Assembly: GCA_038230375.1 (NCBI GenBank)
Contig: JBBRNJ010000077.1
Span: 1-40,815, forward strand
Reading direction: 5' to 3'
Source of the DNA: Polyangiales bacterium
GTDB lineage: Bacteria; Myxococcota_A; Polyangia; Polyangiales; Polyangiaceae
DNA length: 40,815 bases
The notes beneath the pieces are model-generated. The model did not search any database. It was not told the DNA's origin and saw nothing but the letters and a program-made list of their open reading frames with translations. This document shows, one piece after another, positions 35,324 through 40,815 of this stretch. The position numbers and the translations under genes are program-made. The first letter of the stretch is position 1. Every line of letters begins with the position of its first letter.

Positions 35324-35860
35324 CTAGTCGCTGACCAGCTCCACGCGCGTGTTGATCATGTGCGCGAACGAGCATGATGAGCTCCAGGCGGTCACGCGCG
35401 CGAGGTACTTGGAGCCCGGTGCGCTGGCCACGAACGAGCCGAACTCCTGGTTGTCTGGCTGTGGGCCGCCAAGGGTGATGGTGGATGCATAGACGCCCGC
35501 GCTGTCGAACGAACGTACGTAGGCGGTGCGCACTGTCTCTGCACCGAAGACTGCGACCTCGATGATCTCCAGCTTCACCGTCCCCGCGTAGGGAATGCTG
35601 GGGTCGGTCGTTCCGCTCTTCTTGATGTTCCACGAAGTGGACGCACCCATGAACGGCCGGTACGTGCCAGAAGGCAGCGTGATCTGCCCTGACGAGTGAA
35701 CGCTGATGCCGTCGAAGTCCCGCGTCAGTCCGCACGTTCCAGCAGCGGCCGAGCCCATACCGCCACCAAGGCTGAACGTCGTGCCGGCATTGGCGTCCGG
35801 AGCGAACGACACAGTGGAGAGCCCAGCGGCGGCGGCACAGACGAGAAGGAGCTTTTTCAT
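35324..35860 (-). CDS. Secreted hypothetical protein, 178 aa
   Basis: Signal peptide MKKLLLVCAAAAGLSTVSFAPDANA, AGGTG RBS, and a beta-rich mature part. Confidence 0.75.
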   Translation of the reverse strand: MKKLLLVCAAAAGLSTVSFAPDANAGTTFSLGGGMGSAAAGTCGLTRDFDGISVHSSGQITLPSGTYRPFMGASTSWNIKKSGTTDPSIPYAGTVKLEIIEVAVFGAETVRTAYVRSFDSAGVYASTITLGGPQPDNQEFGSFVASAPGSKYLARVTAWSSSCSFAHMINTRVELVSD

Positions 35861-36106
35861 CTCATTCACCTGATGCAACGCGACGCAAGCGCAAGCGCCC
35901 ACACGGAGGCTTCACGAACAGCTCACGGCGCGCACACGGCTGCGGGGACGCACCAGGCTACTTTCCGGTGCGCTTGCGGTGGCTGCAGCCGGGCCAGCAG
36001 CAGGGCCGACGCATGCCTTCCTCGAGCTCCTCCTGGGTCCGGGGAATGCGGCGCTCGCGGGTCTTGTCCCCACCGGGTACACCGAGGCTGCGTGCGTCGA
36101 CTTGCC

Positions 36107-36125
36107 TCCTTACTCGTGGTAAGGA
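36107..36125. promoter_or_regulatory. TA operator palindrome TCCTTAC-N5-GTAAGGA
   Basis: Perfect 7-bp inverted repeat overlapping the RBS of the AbrB-type antitoxin gene. Confidence 0.75.
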
Positions 36126-36131
36126 ATGGGA

Positions 36132-36389
36132 ATGAGCGTTTCCACACTCACGAGCAAGGGTCAGATCACGATTCCGCAGGACGTGCGGGAGACGCTTCAG
36201 GTGGATTCGGGGGACAAGCTGTCATGGGACATCCAGGAGGATGGCAGCGTCGTCGTGCGGAAGGCGCGTCGTCGCACCGTTGCGCAGCTGGCCGGGCTCC
36301 TTGGAAAGCCAAAGCGTGCAGCGACGGTCGAGGAGATGGATGCAGCGATCGGGCGCCGCATGAAGGAGAAGCTGCGTGCGCGCCGTTGA
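36132..36389 (+). CDS. vapB: AbrB/MazE/SpoVT-family antitoxin, 85 aa
   Basis: STLTSKGQITIPQDVRETLQVDSGDKL; overlaps the PIN gene. Confidence 0.9.
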   Translation: MSVSTLTSKGQITIPQDVRETLQVDSGDKLSWDIQEDGSVVVRKARRRTVAQLAGLLGKPKRAATVEEMDAAIGRRMKEKLRARR

Positions 36390-36771
36390 CACCAACGTAC
36401 TATTGCGGCTCTTCGTGGCCGACGACCTCGCGCAGCACAAGGCAGCGACCAAACGATTGTCGAAGCTCGAGGCCGCCGGAGAAAAGGCGTTCGTCTCCAC
36501 CGTCGTCGTCGCGGAGCTCGCGTGGGGCCTACGCGCGGTCTACGGCTACGACCGAGCCGCGATCGCAACCGTCATTGACGCACTGCTCGACGGCGACGTG
36601 TTCGAGGTAGACGATCGCGCCGCGGTATCGAACGCCTTAGCGGCCTACAAGCAAGGCGGCCCAGAGCTCGCAGGCCTCGTGATCCTCAGCCTCGGCCGAT
36701 CAAGAGGAGCCACGAGCCTCCTGACCTTCGACCGCGCACTACTGAAATACAGCGACTGCGAAAAGCCCTGA
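36376..36771 (+). CDS. vapC: PIN-domain VapC toxin, 131 aa (third acidic residue appears to be replaced by Gly)
   Basis: VDTNVLLR...VVVAELAW...GPELAGLVI...LLTFD. Confidence 0.88.
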   Translation: MRAVDTNVLLRLFVADDLAQHKAATKRLSKLEAAGEKAFVSTVVVAELAWGLRAVYGYDRAAIATVIDALLDGDVFEVDDRAAVSNALAAYKQGGPELAGLVILSLGRSRGATSLLTFDRALLKYSDCEKP

Positions 36772-36943
36772 ATCACCGCCCAGGGTGGTGTAGCGCGCGC
36801 TAGCACTGCTTGACTCAGTGCTTCCGACGACGCTCGATGCGTGCGATACGCTCCAGCGTGCGTTCCAGGGACGGCGCAGAGAAGCTCCACCGCGGTGCCG
36901 GTGGACAGCGGCGCGCTCAGGCGTGATCATCGCGCCCGGAACC

Positions 36944-39832
36944 ATGACCATGTTGAACTCGCTCGATCGCCGGTCTGCATCTCTCTTCGCTGTGTGTCTT
37001 CTCGCTTCCATCGCCTCGTGTGGGCCGCCTGCAGAAGAGGGGAAGACGCCCGCGCCCGCCGTGAGCGTCGCGGCGACTGCGACGGCAGCGCCTGTGGACG
37101 CAGGTGTCGCCGAGGCGCCGCTTCCGCTCGATGCGCGCGTGCGCAAGGGCAAGCTGCAGAACGGGATGACCTACTACGTGCTGCCGCACAAGAAGCCGGA
37201 GCACCGCGCGCAGGTGTGGCTTGCCGTGAATGCGGGCTCCGTACTGGAGGACGACGACCAGCGCGGTCTCGCCCATTTCGTGGAGCACATGGGCTTCAAC
37301 GGCACCAAGCGCTTCCCGAAGCAGGCGCTGGTGGACATGCTGGAGAAGAGCGGCGTGTCGTTCGGCGCAGACCTGAACGCGTACACATCATTCGACGAGA
37401 CCGTCTACACGCTGCAGGTCCCCACCGACAAACCCGAGATCATGAACGGCGCGATTGGCATCCTTCGCGACTGGACGGACAGCGTCACGTTCGATCCGGC
37501 CGAGGTCGAGAAGGAGCGCGGCGTGGTGATGGAGGAGTGGCGTCTTGGCCGCGGCGCGGGCGCGCGCATCTTCGACAAGCAGGCGCCCGTGTTCTTCTTC
37601 GGCTCGAAATACGCGGACCGCCTCACCATCGGCAAGCCCGAGATCATCCAGGGCGCGCCGCGCGACACGCTCTTCCGCTTCTACAAGGACTGGTATCGGC
37701 CGGATCTGATGGCCGTCATTGCCGTCGGTGATTTCTCGGCCGACGAGATGGAGGCCCGGATCAAGACCGAGTTCTCCACCGTGAAGCCGGCCGACAAGCC
37801 GCGCCCGCGTCCTTCCGTTCCCGTGCCTGCGCATGAGCGTCAGCTCGTCACCGTGGAGACGGACAAGGAAGCCACGGGGACGTCCGTGTCCATCATCACC
37901 AAGTTTCCGCACCGCCCGCTGACCACCGCGAGCGACTACCGGCGCACGCTCGGGGAGCGTCTCTTCAACACCATGCTGAACGCGCGCCTGGACGAGCTCC
38001 GCCGCAAGGCGAACGCGCCCTTCCTGTACGCGGGCTCGCGCTCCGGCAGCTTCGTTCGCACGGAGGACTCGTTCACGCAAGGCGCGCAGGTGAAGGAGAA
38101 CGGCGTGCGGCGCGGCTACACGGCGCTGCTCGAGGAGATGCTCCGCGTCGAGCGCTTCGGGTTCACCGCGTCCGAGCTCACGCGCGCCAAGAGCGACGTG
38201 ATGCGCTCGTTCGAGCAGGCAGTGAAGGAGCGCGACACCGAGGAGGGCCGCTCGCTCGCCCGTGAGATCGTCCGCAACTTCCTGGAAGACGAGGCCATGC
38301 CCGGGCCAGAGGCCGAGCGCGAGCTCGCCACGCGCATGCTTCCGAGCTTCACACTGGAGGAGCTCAACTCCGTCGGCAAATCACTCGGGAAAAATAGCCG
38401 TGTCGTGGCAGTGACCGGTCCCGCGACGATGGAGAAGCCGACCGAGGCCGCGATCCTTGCGGCCACCGCCGAGGTCGCCGCGCGCGACATCAAGCCGTAC
38501 GAGGACATCGCGTCCAACGTGCCGCTCATGGCGACTCCGCCCATCCCGGGAGCCGTCGTGTCCACGCGTGAGATCGCCGAGCTTGGCGTCACGGAATGGA
38601 CGCTCGCGAACGGCGCGCGCGTCGTGGTGAAGGCCACGGACTTCAAGGCGGACGAGGTGCGGCTCTCTGCGTTCGCGAAGGGCGGAACGTCGCTCGCTGC
38701 GGACGCAGACTTCGACACCGCGCGCTTTGCGGGCAGCGTGGTGAGCCAGGGTGGAGTGGGTTCGTTCGACGCGGTCGCGCTGCGCAAGATCCTTGCTGGC
38801 AAGGTCGTTCATGCCAGTGCCCAGATCGGCGAGCTCGAAGAGAGCGTCTCTGCAGGAGCGTCCACGGCAGATCTCACCACCATGTTCCAGCTGGTGAACC
38901 TGCGCTTCACAGCTCCGCGCCGTGATGACTCGGCGTTCGCCGCGTGGAAAGAGAGCGAGACCGAGGCCGCGCGCAATCGCAGGCTGTCGCCGGAAGGGGT
39001 GTTCTGGGAGGACCTGTCGCTCTTCTCGTCTCAGAACCACAAGCGACGTCAGCCCGTGACGCCAGAGCTCATCGCGAAGGTGGATCTGGATCGCGCGCTC
39101 AGCTTCTACAAGGCGCGCTTCAGTGACGCGTCGGGCTTCACGTTCATCATCGTCGGCAACGTGGATGTGGCAGCCACGAAGACACTGGTGGAGACGTACA
39201 TAGGCTCGCTGCCCAGCACGGAGCGCAAGGAGACGTGGCGCGATGTGCACGTGAACCGGCCGCCGGGCGTTGCGAAGAAGGAGGTCGCCATGGGCACGGA
39301 GCCGAAGAGCCGTGTCACCCTCACGTTCCATGGCGACGAGACCTTCACGCGCGACAAGGAAAACGACATGCGCATGCTCGGTGAAGTGCTGCGCATCCGC
39401 CTGCGCGAGGTGATGCGTGAGGACATGGGCGGCGTCTACGGCGTGAGCGCCGGCGGCTCGATCGCTCGCTGGCCAAGGCCGCAGTACACGTTCAACGTGA
39501 GCTTCGGCTGCGCGCCCACGAACGTCGCCAAGCTTGAAAAAGCGCTGTTCGACGAGGTGAAGGCGATCGCGGAGAAGGGCATCGGCGACGACTACATCGC
39601 CAAGGTGAAGGAGCTACGACGCCGCGAGCACGAGACCAACCTGCGCGAAAACGGCTACTGGATGGGAGAGCTCTCCCGCGCATACACCTTCGGCGACGAC
39701 CCAAAGCAGATGCTGGACTTCAACGCGATGGTCGACAAGGTGACCTCCGACCACGTCCGAGCCGCCGCCAAGAAATACCTCTCGCAGAAGCAATACATCC
39801 TGGGAGAGCTGAAGCCCGCCACAACCCCGTAG
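36944..39832 (+). CDS. M16-family (PqqL/pitrilysin-like) zinc protease lipoprotein, ~962 aa
   Basis: Lipobox IASC; GSVLEDDDQRGLAHFVEHMGFNGT (HxxEH); NAYTSFDETVY; second half with LANGARVVVK and LREVMREDMGGVYG. Confidence 0.95.
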   Translation: MTMLNSLDRRSASLFAVCLLASIASCGPPAEEGKTPAPAVSVAATATAAPVDAGVAEAPLPLDARVRKGKLQNGMTYYVLPHKKPEHRAQVWLAVNAGSVLEDDDQRGLAHFVEHMGFNGTKRFPKQALVDMLEKSGVSFGADLNAYTSFDETVYTLQVPTDKPEIMNGAIGILRDWTDSVTFDPAEVEKERGVVMEEWRLGRGAGARIFDKQAPVFFFGSKYADRLTIGKPEIIQGAPRDTLFRFYKDWYRPDLMAVIAVGDFSADEMEARIKTEFSTVKPADKPRPRPSVPVPAHERQLVTVETDKEATGTSVSIITKFPHRPLTTASDYRRTLGERLFNTMLNARLDELRRKANAPFLYAGSRSGSFVRTEDSFTQGAQVKENGVRRGYTALLEEMLRVERFGFTASELTRAKSDVMRSFEQAVKERDTEEGRSLAREIVRNFLEDEAMPGPEAERELATRMLPSFTLEELNSVGKSLGKNSRVVAVTGPATMEKPTEAAILAATAEVAARDIKPYEDIASNVPLMATPPIPGAVVSTREIAELGVTEWTLANGARVVVKATDFKADEVRLSAFAKGGTSLAADADFDTARFAGSVVSQGGVGSFDAVALRKILAGKVVHASAQIGELEESVSAGASTADLTTMFQLVNLRFTAPRRDDSAFAAWKESETEAARNRRLSPEGVFWEDLSLFSSQNHKRRQPVTPELIAKVDLDRALSFYKARFSDASGFTFIIVGNVDVAATKTLVETYIGSLPSTERKETWRDVHVNRPPGVAKKEVAMGTEPKSRVTLTFHGDETFTRDKENDMRMLGEVLRIRLREVMREDMGGVYGVSAGGSIARWPRPQYTFNVSFGCAPTNVAKLEKALFDEVKAIAEKGIGDDYIAKVKELRRREHETNLRENGYWMGELSRAYTFGDDPKQMLDFNAMVDKVTSDHVRAAAKKYLSQKQYILGELKPATTP

Positions 39833-39914
39833 AGCGACGCCTCTTGGATCACGGACGGGTCGTGGTCCAGCGGAGTAACGCGCTACGAAGCGTGCGAACC
39901 GCAACGATCGAAAC

Positions 39915-40558
39915 ATGGCCCGTCTCGCGTCGAGACGTCCGCCCCTGCCGCGAACTCCCTCGCTGACGTTCGGCAGAGGGCGAAGGCGGACCCGGAACAC
40001 GTGGGACGAGCTCCAACGCGTTCCGGAGATCGACCGTGATTCCGGCTGGACGATCGTGGCAATGAAGGCCGCGGCTGTAGGCGACTACGCGCGGTACCGC
40101 ACGCTCGTGAACGAACGCCTTGCGGCAGGCGACAACGATGAAGATACGAAGGTACGCTCTTCGATGCGATCTCCGTTGCCGCACGTCGCGGCGATTGGCC
40201 GAACTTCGACACCTGGACGAAGACGTGGAGGGAACGCCCGGAGGAAGACCGCATTCTCTGGGACAGCAGAGTGATCGATCTCGAGGCAGTGCGAGCGCTC
40301 GACCAGGGGCGGAAGGCTGACGCGATTGGCGCGATGAGCCGGCTCCTTCGAGCTGTGAACCGCGACCGGTTCATCTTCAAGGACTCATTCAAGCTACCGA
40401 AGCGACTGAGGGACGAGGGGCTCGCTCTGAAGCTCTGCGACGAGTTCGATGCGCTACAGCGGCTCTCCATGACTTGGAGCGGAAAGGGCTGTTTGTCGCT
40501 GCGGAATCGTGTTAACGGCGCAGTTCATGATCTCGCCGTACTCGATGGATTTGCGTAA
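39915..40558 (+). pseudogene. Probable fragmented hypothetical gene
   Basis: Protein-like segments are spread over successive frames (TWDELQRVPEIDRDSGW...; MIDLEAVRALDQGRKADAIGAMSRLL...). Atypical codon usage. Confidence 0.35.
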
Positions 40559-40815
40559 ACGAGCGGTCGCGATGCTCGACGAAGGTGCGAGCAGCCCGGA
40601 GGGATCTCCTGGTTTGTTTATTGCATAGTACACATACTTCTATCCATGAGGTGGCGGCCGGTGTACGTCGTGCCGCATGAACGTTCCGAGCGCTGCGCGC
40701 CGCCCCTCGACAGGTCCTCGTTTCTCGCGCGAGACTCCTCGTTGCATGTCTCTTCCGTCTGCAAAGCGAAACGGCCCGGGAAGCGCGTACGCGTTCGTTC
40801 ACGAGTTGCTTGGTG

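Noticed and set aside
40600..40650. AT-rich patch as a promoter
   Set aside because: No correctly spaced -35/-10 pair, and no clear downstream gene within the window.

Overview
This is a GC-rich chromosomal window with a strongly myxobacterial gene content (Myxococcota, Polyangiaceae/Labilithrix-like; inferred from the protein families, not from a search). Most of it is an ordinary run of secreted, lipoprotein and housekeeping genes: a WGR-domain protein, HugZ-like protein, PEGA/TPR and RCC1 proteins, a myxobacterial ECF sigma factor with a Cys-rich protein and Ser/Thr kinase, a stand-alone LigD polymerase domain, M13 and M16 peptidases, a pectinacetylesterase and VapBC. Decayed accessory patches lie at about 3.4-6.5 kb, 34.1-35.3 kb and 39.9-40.8 kb. 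The most notable observations are: (i) a DUF3102-like gene followed immediately by four tandem 23-bp palindromic repeats and a hairpin-rich region; (ii) a two-gene operon resembling FtsH-ternary conflict-system components, behind a perfect 16-bp palindrome; (iii) a divergent locus with two apparently catalytically dead P-loop ATPases (a membrane-anchored sigma54-activator homologue and an ABC ATPase); (iv) three lipoprotein genes with sigma54 -24/-12 elements 12-13 nt before the ATG, implying leaderless mRNAs; (v) an orphan DUF2380-like toxin tip with a candidate immunity gene; (vi) an XRE-DUF6036 module whose nucleotidyltransferase appears internally deleted; (vii) a recurrent GTCGAR hexamer repeat in both coding and non-coding positions. 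No rRNA, tRNA or CRISPR array was seen. All family calls come from motif recognition by eye, not database searches.
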